The notes under the pieces: model-generated | Database searches by the model: none | What the model was told of the DNA's origin: nothing | The model's input: the letters and a program-made list of their open reading frames with translations, nothing else | Translations under genes and position numbers: made by a program | Source of the DNA: Mobula hypostoma | Lineage: Eukaryota | Direction of reading: 5' to 3' | DNA length: 64,000 bases | Assembly: GCF_963921235.1 (NCBI RefSeq) | Contig: NC_086108.1 | Location: 72,356,001-72,420,000, forward strand | Part shown: piece by piece, positions 50,507-63,905 of the stretch | Numbering within the stretch: the stretch's first letter is position 1 | Layout: each line of letters opens with the position of its first letter

Positions 50507-53500
50507 GTAGGTGCCTCTTGATAGCAGTGCACAGACACAGACATTTATAGTTATTAAAGATGAAATCAGCAGGAGTGAGGTTTGGCCCGTTATTAACGGT
50601 GTACGGCGTTGATCAGACAAAATGGGTTTATTTGTGCTTGCTTTATTGTTTCGTGGCTGCAAGTTCTTGGTTATTACTACGCGAGAATGGAAATTGCCCA
50701 TATGAAATACAGAGGTTGAATTAAGGGGATGAAAAGTTATGCTATGCTTTGATTTTTGAAAATAAATCAACTGGCCTTTCTTGCCACCCAAGCATTCTAT
50801 ATCTTTTTCATTGGTAGAACTCAAGTGAACACGCAGGGAATCAAAGAATTAAAAATTCTAAAATCAGTTGACATTCTGTATAAACATGTCTAACCTTTAC
50901 TACCCAGAGCAATCTATTAGGAAAGCTTTGGAGATACTGGATTAAAACCCCATCCTCTGGCATGAAGTTATTATAACTTGTGCTTTTCGGTACCAGTGTA
51001 TATTCTCAATAAGCTCTCTCGGGCTGGAATAAGCATGTTAACAGATAATGTATTGACCTACTCGCCTCTAGTTTCTAGTTGCTATAAGGAATATTCGCTA
51101 ACGTCCTACGTTAATGGTGCATCATTATAATGCTATTGAAAGAGGATCGTAGTTTGTCTTGCTGTACCTAAAAAAAAGTTACTTGTTCTAGGGATGCTGT
51201 TCTCTTCGTGGAAAATCAAAAAATAAGATGATTATTAGTTGCTTAGTTTTGGCACTAACAATGAACTTCAGCTTTTCAAAGTCCACTCAAATAGAGCTAG
51301 TAAATAATTCTGTATCTAGAGTGTTATGATTTAGCTACAGATACCGTTGCACCAATAGAAGTTTCAGATATTGACGTATAAACTTCAGTAAATTAGGTTA
51401 TGAGGGTGGCATCCTTTTTGTGAAGCGATCAACCCTCTGCATCAATGTTTTGGGCAGGTGTACTTAACCCTCAATTTCTGCACAATAGCTAGAATCTTGT
51501 TTTCTATACTTCTGAAAATCCATCAGAATTAAAGTTCAAAGTCTTTAAGGTCATGGCTGGAGTTAAGTTTGAATTTCTGCAATTAGGGATTCAGATTCAA
51601 ACTGTCACAATTTGGTTAAAGATATAAAACCATACAATTCCTCACAAGAGAAAGATGGAACAAAATATTGAAATATTTCAAATGGATTTTTTTAGTATAT
51701 CTTGGCATTTTGTTTATATCTTTTGCATCAAAAGTTACTCGGATATCAAATTTAAAAATTCTTAATATTTTGAGGTTCTTGTTACAACTTCTGTAGCAAT
51801 GGTTGGATAAAAGAACCAGGGATTATTAATTTTTTTTGCATTCCCTTAATTTAAGTACATTTTAACTACTGCACCCAATTAAAATAAAACTATGTTCATG
51901 TTCGAACAAGTGACTAGTTGAGTATAAACAACAAAATATAACTTCTGATAATTATATCAATAATTTACAGCAATCAAGTAGCCTTTTGGAAGAAGTGATG
52001 ATGTGAGCAGATGAGATGGTCGATTAGAGATTTGAAGCAGATAATTTGCATTTCAAATAAATTAAGTTAGGTATGATTTTGATGGGTATACTTTTTATTG
52101 GCTCTACGTAAACTTTAAGTCACTTGGAAAAATATTGTCATTTATTCCATAATTAATATATCATTTCTGTAAATAAACATTCTAATAAAAAGAACGTTTA
52201 CATTTTAAACTTAAAGCTTCCGTAGCGACACTTTTGGCAAATTAATAACTGCAGTCCTATGTGCAAACATAGGCTTTTTTTTGAACGAGCGTACAGATAG
52301 TTAATTTGCTGTGTGGATATTGCCGTGGCTCATAAGAATGTGTATATAAAAGAGGTACTAAAAAATATTCTGACTTAAGAACATTGTTACGAATTTTTGA
52401 AGGTAATTGAAAGAAGCTTATGCAGAATACTTTTACCAATATCATAACCACATCAAAGGATACCATAGTCTTTCGTGGAAAAAGATGGGCTCATCAGAAG
52501 TGCAGAAAGATCTTGGAAATGGCAGAATTATCTTGGGATAGGTGAAAGATAATGCTTAATGCCACATAAACACTAAAAGCTTGCATATGTAGCTATTACA
52601 CAAGGCATGGAGTTGCTGTATTCGCTCAACAGAGTTCTATAGTTTTAAGAATGCTGACGTTACAATTAATAAAAGGCCTTGTTTAATAGCATGGTAAAGT
52701 CAAAGGCTATCAGAAACAAAGAACTGAAAGGTAGAATTTTGTTATAAATGCATTGAACTTATTTATCCAAAAAAATTAATGCAGTTTTTCAGAGAATAAT
52801 CAAATACTATTTTTGACATAATTTAAAGGAAAAGTCTGTGAAATCAGTCCCCGTTTATAACTGTCCTTTAGCAATTGAATGTATATAACCCAAAACCTCA
52901 CCTACTGTCTGGATAGACATTTTGCATACCAATTAATTTTAGACTGTGAATCCAATGTTTAAATAAGACCTGAAGTAATAAATCTTTTTTTTCTCATCTG
53001 TTATCTTCCATCTGAAGAAAATTGTGGAAGTTCTGACAGCAGAATATTTTTATTGTTCATCTCCCTGCATTTCATGTTTCTGACTGGAAAGAAAATTTAA
53101 AATATGTAACATAATGTTCTTGTGCTTCAGTTTAGGCAGTTCAGCTTCACTTTGAGGTTTAGATTGTTATGTTTTGAAGCATAACTCACTGCAAGCAAAG
53201 GGTTTCCATCAACATATGGGTTTTTGAACTAATCAATAAACTGAGCAGGAGCCCGAGCAAATGGCTTTTCTTTAGCTTTTTTAATACTGGAGATCTCTGA
53301 GGAAATAGAGGGATAAAATGTTTTCAAACCTGGGGATTAAACATAGTTAACAGAAGAGAATAAAATAATTATTGGTTGGGGAGTGGGAAATATCACTGCC
53401 GAATGCTATTGTGACTGCATTTTCATCTTTTGAACTGAATTTATTTTTCAGTTTGGCAGACAATTTAAAGCATTTTCCTTTTCTTATTTTATTGTTTAGA

Positions 53501-54214
53501 ATAAACTATTTAGCATGTGAAATTAATTGCTTCCCAGTTTAAAAATGAAGTGTCTTGTTTGTCCATTTTTGCTGCTGGTATTAAATCAAAAAGAATGATT
53601 CATAAAAATATGCTAACAGACAGGATTTCTTCACTGTAGTCTTACTCCTTTGATAATTTTCTGTTAATTCAGATGACCTTTATTGATCTTTATTAACCTT
53701 TAGATCCTTGGTTTATCATGGAGAGTTCAATTTTGAGGACTAATACTCAGAATAAATTTTAAGTCAATTTTGATTTAAAGTCATTCAAGTTAAACAGTTA
53801 AAATTATGGACACTTCTGTTTTGTTTGAAATGAGTTTGTTAGCTCTATCTGACGATTCCAGAAAAGTCACAAATGGATTGATCACATCCCGATGTGTAAA
53901 ATTATACTTGGCGACCTGACTTTCAGTTAAAATTCCTGTTAAAATCTGTACCTATGGTAAATATTTCAGTGGAACTTCTCTCTCTTCTTGGTATAGTAGG
54001 TTCATAAGTAACATGTAATAAGTAACATAAGTAATTGCTGCTTTGAAGTATGTTTTGACTCAGTCTCACATTCACTTCATCTGTCATGCTTTTTGTTGAA
54101 TAAATCTGACTGGATGCAATTCCAGCCTGGCACAGCAGCTAACTTGCTCTCTCAGGAAAACATGATGCCCACCCCCAAACACTGAAAGGATGCTACGGCC
54201 CTGGTAGGCAAAAT

Positions 54215-54485
54215 ATTTATTTATTGAGTGATGCACCGGTGAACAGGTCCTCCCTGACCACTGAGCTGTGCTGCCTAGCATGCCACCTGTTTAACCCTAG
54301 CCTGATCACAGGACAATTTACAATGACCAATTAATCTACCGACTGGTACATCCTTGGCATTTTGGAGGAAACCCACATGCACACAGGAAGAATTTCTTAC
54401 AGAGGATGACAGAATTGAACTCCAAACTCTGACACCCTGAGCCGTAATAACGTTGCAATGACCACAATACCACCACAGCTCTACA
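54215..54485 (-). mobile_element. tRNA-derived V-SINE (HE1-like), degraded
   Basis: Reverse-complement homology to 55385-55662 (GGACAATTTA, GACCAATTAA, GGAAACCCAC; ATTTATTTATT tail). Confidence 0.6.
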
Positions 54486-54504
54486 CCTGGGTTAAGAAGG
54501 TAAT

Positions 54505-55132
54505 TCAGGCAGGAGGAGGAGATAGCAGCGCGCCATGCATGCGCAGCCCTCTGGTGAAAATGATACCATATCCGTTAAATAGGGGCCGTAGACAATTCTG
54601 ATTTGATGGAGACAGACGTGAAAGCACAGAGGAACATCTGGAGAAATTTCTGAAACGCCAGTTCGCTGCTGTTGTTACTGCGCGATCAACAAATCTTCCG
54701 GAGGGAAGGCCCCAAAATCCCCGGCTTTGCCTGCTGCTGGCGACCGAGATTGAGGTCGAATCGTTCGGATAGAGATGGTGCTCAGTACTCGGTGTCGGAG
54801 GGCTGATCGGAGGCTTGAAGTTTTCGGAAGACTCAAGAGTTGGACTGTGGTCGGGCATGGCAGGGAGAGTTTTCTTCCTTCTCCCGTCTGCGTGAGATGT
54901 GGGACATTTGAGAGACTTTGAACTTCTTACTGTGCCATGGACTGTTCTTCATCAAGTGATGGTATTGTTGCACTGTTGTAACTATATGTTATAATTATGT
55001 GGTTTTGTTAGTTTTCTCGTCTTGGTTTGTCCTGTGTTTTGTGATATCACACCGGAGGAAATATTGTATCATTTCTTAATGCATGCATTACTAAATGACA
55101 ATAAAAGAGGACTGTGTGTCTTCATAATCTAA
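54505..55132 (+). mobile_element. ~630-bp non-autonomous retroelement, copy 3 (intronic)
   Basis: Near-colinear with 6118-6743; tail CATAATCTAAT; TAATT occurs at both ends. Confidence 0.8.
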
Positions 55133-55384
55133 TTGTTATCACTTTTGTGGGTTACAACCAGCCTCATCACTAGCATTCATTAAATCTTTCCACCAGAGTA
55201 CTCTTCCTGGCTGTCACTGGGCTTGGCTTCTGTCTTTTTATTTCTGATAATATACTTTGTAGAAAATGACAATATATGTGGCGTTTAAGGACTTTTAATT
55301 AAAAATGGATTATTGCTCTCTCTGTGTCCATTAGCTTGACCATTTGCATGTGGGTTCTTGCACATCCATTATGCACATCTTGCA

Positions 55385-55662
55385 CATGGGGTGGCATGAT
55401 AGCATAATGCTTTACAGTGGCAGTGACCTGGGTTCAATTCTCACTGCTGCCTGTAAGGAGTTTGTACTTCCTCCCTGTGACTGTGTGGGTTTCCTGCTGG
55501 TGCTCCGGTTTCTTCCCACAGTCCAAAGACCTACCAATTAGTAGGTTAATTGGTCTTAGTAAATTGTCCTGTGATTAGGTTAGGATTAAATTGGGGGTTG
55601 CTGGTGGCTTGGCTTGAAGGGTCAGAAAGGCCTATTCCATGTGTTGTATCTCAATAAATAAA
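55385..55662 (+). mobile_element. tRNA-derived V-SINE (HE1-like)
   Basis: B-box-like GGGTTCAATTC; V-domain GGGTTTCC...GGTGCTCCGGTTTCTTCCCACAGTCCAAAGAC; AATAAATAAA tail. Confidence 0.75.
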
Positions 55663-56578
55663 TTAGCTTGCTGACACAAGTATATGCATCAAATGCTTTT
55701 TCTGGTAAATTTAAAGGTAGACTTTATAATCAACTAAAGTACTGCCAAGTGTTTAGTTCCTTTCAACTAAGTCAGCATCGACAATATGTTCCGTAGAGGA
55801 AAGAGGGGCATGAATGAACTAATATAGGGGAAGAACCATATGGTATTAACTGAATTGGTGGAGGTAAAAGTAAACAGGTTGAATTAACACAGAGGTAGAA
55901 GAGTTCTTGTATAAACTGTGAAGGTGGGAGTAGTGTTACAGTGAAAATGTGAGGGTTTGAAGGAGATACTAGCCTCCTTTTCTCTCAGGTGCTTTTGGAA
56001 CTAGAGTGTTGAAGACAAAATCAGGATAGAGAAAGTTAACCACTGAACTTGTTGACATTCCAAATGTATTTTAATCTTTTTTAAAAAAACTATTAGTCAT
56101 AATATAAACAAACGCTGAGAAGTTCCTAGATATGCTATTTTTATTAACTTCGGACCTTCAATTATTTTATTAACCCTTCAGAGTTTTGGAATATTTATGA
56201 TGATGCAAGTGAAGAAATTTATGTATATCTATATACAAAATTATGTATAGGTACTTGTCTTTAATGTAAGAGCTGTCTTTAAACTGTTGGCTGCTTGATT
56301 GCCCTAACAGTTTCACTTGCAGAAGATATGAAATTGGCCCTTGTTCATTTTTCTGGATTGCAGCTCCTAACAGTTGACTTTTGAGGATGTGGAAAGATCT
56401 ATGCAAGTAGTTTTTATGGAAGAGGAGCAACAAAAGAAACATCTCTTCTTTCTCATTTATTCTACACTTGTTTGCAAAATGACGTCGGAATGTTTTTGAA
56501 AGATCGTATATGTGTCGGAATTCAAGATTGTTTATTGTCATTCTTCAGTAAACGAGTGTAGAGGAGAATGAAATGATT

Positions 56579-56758
56579 GTTGCCACACACACAAAATACT
56601 GGAGGAACTCAGCAGGCCAGGCAGCATCTATGGAAAAAAGTACAGTTGACGTTTTGGGCCGAAACCCTTCAGCAGGACCAGTAAAAAAAGATGAGCTCTT
56701 CCAGTATTTTGTGTGTATTGCTTGGATTTCCAGCATCTGCAGATTTTCTCTTGTTTGT
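56579..56758. mobile_element. PLE-derived fold-back mini-element
   Basis: Opposed terminal-repeat pieces; 13-bp TSD GAATGAAATGATT at 56566-56578 and 56759-56771. Confidence 0.78.
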
Positions 56759-59700
56759 GAATGAAATGATTTTTACTCTGGATCAGATACAGCATTTTTA
56801 AAAAAAAAAGCACCTTATCAGAACAAGGCAGCAATTATTCAAATTCTAAATGTCTTTTTCTTATTGGAAAGACATTGCTATCATCTTGCATTAACAAATG
56901 ATGGGCGTCAGCCTCAGATAATTATTTTTGTATTAAACAGCAACAGATTGGCAACATTCTGTGCCTTTTATTGATTTTGTTTCTGCATGTAAGTAGTTTG
57001 ACTAAGAATGGATATATTTTGCATTTTTGATTTAATGAGTAATATCTTCCTTTTGAAATGCTTTCATGCTGACATTGAAATCGGAACATTTTGTGGCAAA
57101 GATCAGAGATGTCTTTGATTTGCCTAATTACATTTTCGAAAGAAACATTTATGAAGATTTTGTGAAACTTAATCCCAGCTATTTAACCAAGTAATGTAAA
57201 GAAGCTTGCTCCAGTAACATCAAGAGTTTAATGTTACATTTTAAATCATGGAAGATGTTGAAATAATTTAAGATCTCCTAAATCAGTGAACTGTTTTACA
57301 ATCTTGAACAGTTTAGTTCAAGAACTCCATTTTAGGTGAAAATCAGTGCTGTATTTGGTTGAAGATATTTATTTTATCTCTTCATACTGTTGGCAGTAAG
57401 CTTGCAAATCTGAAATTCGTAATGCAGTGTTCAGTTTTTGTTTTGAAGGTGTATAATGTAGAAAATTATGTATCGGAGCTTAAAATATTTACTTGCTGCT
57501 GCTTCAGTAGGAATGCACTTGTATTTTTCTGTACTTTATCTACCTTCGTATAATATGGCTTGTCTTGGGGAAGTGCATACAAAGATGATAATCGTCTAGT
57601 CATATTGGACACAGTTTGACAATGAGATTAACAATTGGATCGTAATTTCCTCACTTTCAAATATGTTTATTAGAATCATTCTCGTCATAATTTTTCTGTT
57701 GCTTTAAGTTGTTACTAAATGGAATATTTTTCTTTGATTACATATTTTCTGTGCTAGTTATGCTAGTTAACTGTCAAATGACTGATGTTGTAGATCTCAT
57801 CTAAGTGATCCTAGAGCCACCTCTGCAGCCAGATTCAAGCTCCACAGTCTTGCTGCATGCAGTCTTGAATGGTGGTGGATAAATGGCTAATGAGTGGAGA
57901 TGGCTGTATGGTAGGACAGGCTGTCCCTGGGAAAGGAATTGGTTTTGTTTTCACTGATGTCCATAAGTTAGTTATTTTCCATGTTTCAGAAAATTCACTG
58001 GATGTGGTAAATGTACCTCTCCAGTATTGTAATGAACAGCATCAAATGCATGTAAGACTCGTCAGAAGTAACAATGATCAAAATTGGAAAGAGAGAGGAA
58101 ACTAGTTCTGCCATTTGTAGGAACAAATATATGCATGTTGGATTTTAATGTTATGGGAGCTTGTTTGTATTTAGGAGTCATGAGCTCATAATGTAGGGGG
58201 CAGTCTATTTTGCCCAGAAGTGTGTGCAGAAGGCAAGTGTAGTGTATTTGAAAACATTTCAGCAAATATTATAGGATCACAAAGACACCCTGTTTGTAGT
58301 GCTGAAGACTCGTGCAACCAAACTGTTTCACCATACCCATAGCGTGGTATTGAGCCAATAATGAGAAATATTATCAAAGTACGTTTGAGCCACCAAGTTA
58401 GGACCAATTTATTCCAGATAAACTATCTGGGGGTTTTATTCACATCTAAAAACTATTGACTTCATTTCAGTTTGGACTTTGGGCCATAAAAATTCAAGAG
58501 AGGACAATGTAGTCCTGACAAAGTGGAAAAGGTGTGTTGTACATTTGCTAAGTCACCAAAGGCAACATATCCAGATCAAATGAAGGAAGCATTTAGTATT
58601 TAGTGGATGCTGAATTATTTTCCCCTGTACTTAATTCTTCATATAAGCACTTACCTTGCTTTTCTTTTTTGGATAATAGCTTGAATACAAGTAGAGGGAA
58701 TATAATTATCATCGTCTACTGAAAATAAATACCTCCAAATCTTAAGTAACACACCAGAAAATGCTGGAGGAACTCAGCAGGTCAGGCAGCATCTATAGAA
58801 ATAAATAAAGTTGTGTTTTGGGCTGACGCCCTTCAACAAGACTGAAAAGGACAGGCGAAGACCTTCAAATCTTGTTATTATGCTTGACTCTCAATTTAAA
58901 ACTACTTGGCCATGTGCAGTGAAGTATTTTGTGCTGATAATACATTACACTCAGAGTGTTTGGTCAGTGCTCTTTCTGCCTAACTTAAATTGAAGTTTTG
59001 CTTCTATTTCATGTCAATATTACAACAAATGCTGTAAATATTGGATAACTTTAAAGTCATAATTTAAACAATACTTGCAAATGTTATCTTCTCAAGTCTT
59101 ACCGTCATGCTCTGCATTACAATCTGAAGCCTGTGGATAGATTACAAGTTTATTTTTATAGCCAGTCATACATATTTGCACTTTGTCTATGCTCTATATC
59201 AGAACCAAGTCTGAATAAGATTTTTTATCAGTGGGAAGCTGGTTTCTGCAGCAAGCTATGGCACCTGTGAAAGATTTCTGGTGAAAGGCATCTGGCTCAA
59301 ATATATTTGACAAAAAAATCCTGAACTTCACATTAGAAATCGCCAATTATTGGTTTACTAATTTTCTACTAATAGTGTATGCTGGAGTCTTTCTGGTAGT
59401 GGAATTTGACAGCTCTTTATTGCAATATAATTCAAAGATTCAAGCAGAACTATCATGCCAGAAATGTTAGAAAGACTGTTCCTCAATAATTTTATGGATA
59501 TTTACATTTTAGTTCTTTCAAGAGTGCCAAAGCTTAATTTTTCATAGAATGCGAACAGCATATGATCCAGTCCCTGAGCAATTTTAGTGAGCTCTCTTTG
59601 AATGGAGTATTCTTTTTGAATAACTCTAATGCAAACAGAAGTTGAGGGGAAAAATGCACGAGTTTCATATGTTTGTGAGTCAGTGATTACATTCATTATA

Positions 59701-59879
59701 TAATTGAATCCTCCCCTCACAGACTGAAAGTGAAGAAAAGCAAAGAAAACGAAATGTTGCTTGCAAGGCAGTTAATAGTACATGTGTCAATATGAATGTC
59801 AATGAATTGATGAGATTAAACTTTGAAACATTTTCTTTGGTGATCACAAAATATTATTGAAATAAACATCATCCAAAGG

Positions 59880-60115
59880 CTTGAATTTATAACACACATT
59901 TCTTGACCTGAGTAGATCAAGTATTTTGCCAGAAATGATTATTTTGAGGGAGAAGTCCTATTGTAATGGAGAAGAATGAACCCAATAGAGTACAGGAAAT
60001 TACTCTACTCTTCCAGTGGGGATATAGTGGGTTCTTTTACATTCTCTTGAGAAATCAAATGAGGATTTGGTGTGACATTTTGTGTCAATGATACCACCAC
60101 TGAGTGTGCAGGAGA
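59880..60115 (-). mobile_element. Possible ancient DeuSINE (SacSINE1/AmnSINE-like) core
   Basis: Reverse complement resembles the Deu domain as recalled (...GTAAAAGAACCCAC...GAAGAGTAGAG...); highly diverged. Confidence 0.35.
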
Positions 60116-60869
60116 GGGATGAAGTCTCAGTCGAGATTATAAACGCAGTTCTTGGCAATGTTGTCTTAGCTCATCCACTCTGACATATACTGTACGTTTT
60201 GCATTTAAAACTTTTCCAATCAAAGATAAAGAAGAGTGATGAGAACTAACTTTGATTGTAAGTATCCAAGGAAAGTCTCTCTCTGCTAGATTACGTATTG
60301 CATTGAACTGCTGCTGCTAAGTTTACAAATTTCACGTCACATGCCGTTTATAATAAACCTGATTCTGATTCTGAAAGTTGCACTCTTGTAAATAAGGTAA
60401 ATTAATCCCTTGATATACCTTGTCGGTCCTCTGGGATTAGGTTTTATAAATTAGTACTTTTCATGAAAAATTTTGGATACTAGATCTGTAAGGATGAATT
60501 TACTTATCTTTCAGTTAATACAAATCATGTGCCTCTCTGAACTTGGATCCTATTATTGATTCTTTCCAAATATAAGGCTATTTCCCTTCTCTAATGAGTT
60601 CAAATTTGTAAACATGGGGTAAAAAAAATTGAATTCATGGTCCAACCGTTAATCTGAGAGAATGCAATACCCACCAGAGATTCCATCTGGTTTTTATTCC
60701 GTTGCAAGTATAAGAAGTCTAGATTCAAGAATGTAAAACTACATGTGAATATCAAGTTTCATGTTACTATCAGTGGGGAAAATGTTCATGCAGAGATTCA
60801 GTACTATTCCACTGAGCATATTGAATTGGTTAGTAATCTGCCTTTGCCCTTTCTCCCCTCAGTAGAAAC

Positions 60870-61390
60870 TGTTCTGCCAGGCTTAGTAACTAACTACACG
60901 TGAAGGCCAGGAACTGGACTTGGTTGTCAGAGGCCATTGGGAGCATTTATCATGTAGTGGGAACTTATCCCCCACTACCACCCTCCCCCCTCCAGCTATC
61001 ACTACCTTAAAACCAGTCACGTTGGGCAGATGGGGCTCGTCAGCCATGGTTGGTAGATCATCTGGGAGAAGGAAAAATCTGATCTCAAACCTCTGCTATC
61101 TTGTGGCTATACCAACTTATGTGGAAGGTTTTGGGTGTAAGCCTCAGGGAAATATCCAGCACTTGAGTCCCTCAGGCAGTCCTACATTGAGTTTGATGCT
61201 GACTGGCAACTCCTGTGATGCTCCTCTGCTGTTCCTTTGGATTCATCAGCTTCATGTAGAGGGGAAGCCTGCTGTGTGAGCAACATGTCTCTGTATCCTA
61301 CTGCCCTGGCTTGCATACCGGCTTGTGTATCAGGTTGAGAGTTAAGACACGATATCCATGGTCGACCCTGACCAATGAAGGGCCTCAAGT
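60870..61390 (+). mobile_element. Probable RTE-related non-autonomous repeat
   Basis: GC-richer block with GGGAGAAGGAAAAATCTGATCTCAAACCTC, resembling an RTE 5' region motif; no intact ORF. Confidence 0.4.
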
Positions 61391-63659
61391 GAATTGGAAA
61401 AATGGGCTCAGTGAATCATGGACTATAGCTTTTATTGTTTTAATTTCTTATGAACTTAATTGTTAATGCATGGCTAGCTGATGGAATCTAATAGTATATT
61501 GGTTTTTGATGAAAGAGCGCATGAAATTTCCTTTGAGTGTTGAATGTTCCGCTTCATCTGAACATTAAGTGATTTTTCTTAAATATAGGTCTATTAAAAT
61601 TGCATTTCCTCTGTTAGTGTTTTTTTTTGCTGACAGCGTGACACTCAAGGAGAAATCTAAACTGCACTGCATATTTGCTTGACCATTTTAGCTCTTTCAC
61701 ATTAGCTTGACCAATTCCATGTGAATTGCTGTAAAGGCTGCCACATAACCTTCTGCAAGGAGCTCGGGTATTTTGAAACTTGCTGCACCAGACCCAGAAG
61801 TCATAAATTTAAAACCCATCAAGGAGAAATGTGGAAGTAAATTCAAGAAATTTGATAATTTAGGGACAATTGCCAAAATGGATTGGCCATGAAAAACTGC
61901 TTAATTTCAGTAAAACTTCAATATTCTTCCTTGAAAGTATCTGCTGCACATAACTGGCTCAGCCAAAATATAACACCACTCCAAGATTGCAGAAGAAATG
62001 TTTATAAATTTCAAAAATGTGGTATTTGCTTCCAATAAAACAGTTATATCTTCTGTCATCTGTAATATTCACAGCATTAATTCTGACTGTAATTTTCATC
62101 TGGAATCTTTATGTAATTCTAAAATGTTGATTTTATTGGGCATCATTTAAAGCTAATGAGCAGTTTCTGAGGAAGAACTATATTCAGCGGAGGATTGTCA
62201 ACACGATGATTAGTAATAAGAGAAGTTTTCTTTTCTGCATCAAGTGGTTGATGGCAGAAGGGGAGTGGTTGAATCAAGTTCAACAGGAGTTTTTAAAAAG
62301 ACAGTTGGCTATTTACTTGAATGCAAAAGTGCTTCAGTGTTATTGGAGAATCTATCAGTGACTGGAACTGAATGGCTACCTTTTTCAAAGATTAGTGGGC
62401 ATGATGGGCAAAAGTCCTAATTCTATAATGTAGGAAGATATTCTGGCAACTAGACATTTTTCAACAGTACACACATGTTTTGATCTTTGAGCCTTGTGGT
62501 CATTACTGCACGGTCATCTCTTTGGTCTACTTTAGTTACAATAGCACAAGTTCTTACTGTAAGAACAATACCAAAAGCTCAGACTTGTTCTTTAAAGACT
62601 TGTGCCATCAGTCTGGCGGTGGAAAGTGTTTGAGGTCCTGGAAAATTAGATCATCCACATTGGTGATAGTGAAGTATCTAATTTTGTAGGTGTATTTACT
62701 GGAGTTGAAATTTTAAAAAAAGTTAGCACTGCACAGAGTTCGATCGCTTGTATATCAAATATATAAAATATTTCTACAATTATTTTATGTTTTAAGTGAT
62801 ATTATTCTGAATTAATGGAAGGATTTAATCTTTAATAAAAGATTAGCCAATCTCAATTATGATTTTCTGGAAATAAATCCATGTAGTTAGAACAAGAAGC
62901 TTGTTTTGATTGTTGGATTTCACTGATGTGCTTGTCCGAGATTGTCTGCTACATCACTTGACACTGCAGTGCTGAAGCAATAGAGGCTGACCGCTGACCG
63001 CTGAATGCTGCCATTGTGCAACTTTGTAAAACCAGAGTATGTTTTGGCACAATTTGGTGTTCTGTGAGATAGAACTGAAGCCAGCTGAAGATTGATCACG
63101 GCAACTGTTGCAGAGTGAAAGAAGGGCTTGTGCTTCAACTGAAAGATAAATTTGGATAGGGCAAAAATTATTCTTTCACTTTCTGTAATCTTTCATTTAT
63201 TGTCATTAATGAAAATAGTTTGTTGCTTTAAATGGACCGTAGCTTGTGAAATATGTGCATCATTGAAGATGTTATCCTAGTACACATTTCCTGCCAGTCT
63301 CTGACCATAGGACATGAATCTGGATCACAGACAATTTTCTTCTTGGAGGCTGTCAAATTAGTTATATACAAGTTATTCTTTTCAATAATTTCTCCTTTAT
63401 TGAAATTTACATTTTCCATTATCTCTTGCCCATCCACATTAATCCTAAGATTTAGGGACAAGAGGGACCAGGCTCCAATTTACAAGGACGTTAGTGATCC
63501 ATGATCTGAAAATAAACATACACAAAGTACTGCGGATGCTGGAAGTCCAAAATAAAATGGAAAATTCTAGAAATACTCAGAGATAATGTTTGGGGTGGAT
63601 GGCCTTTCATTACGATTTAGAATGGTGGGTTGTATAATTTTGAACAATGTGTGGATATG

Positions 63660-63905
63660 CACTGGACAGGGTGCTGTTACAGACGTAAGATAAATCTTCC
63701 AGAGAGAGACATCACAGAAAGCACCTGGCTCAGGAGGTGTCCCTGGCCATACCCTTAGATACTGTGCAAATTAGCTGGCCCGGTTATTTGCAGACATTTT
63801 TCACCTTTCCCTGTTTCAATCTGTGATTCCCACCTTTTTTAAGAAGAATACTGTCATCTCAGTATGCAAGGGAAAAAAAACACAGGATTACATGCCTTAA
63901 TAACT
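63660..63905 (+). mobile_element. Rex1/L2-type LINE RT N-terminal fragment, followed by a PLE mini-element (63906-64000)
   Basis: KAPGSGGVPG...CAN*LARLFADIFHLSL remnant; then CAACACACACAAAATGCTGGAGG, its inverse and a (GT)n run. Confidence 0.6.

Noticed and set aside
50507..50550. C-terminal extension GRCLLIAVHRHRHL of the 122-aa ORF
   Set aside because: Lies after a consensus splice donor; intronic read-through, not a complete small protein.
62920..63140. GC-balanced intronic island, possible exon or conserved element
   Set aside because: No p85 RhoGAP/SH2-like translation recognised; conservation cannot be assessed from this sequence alone.
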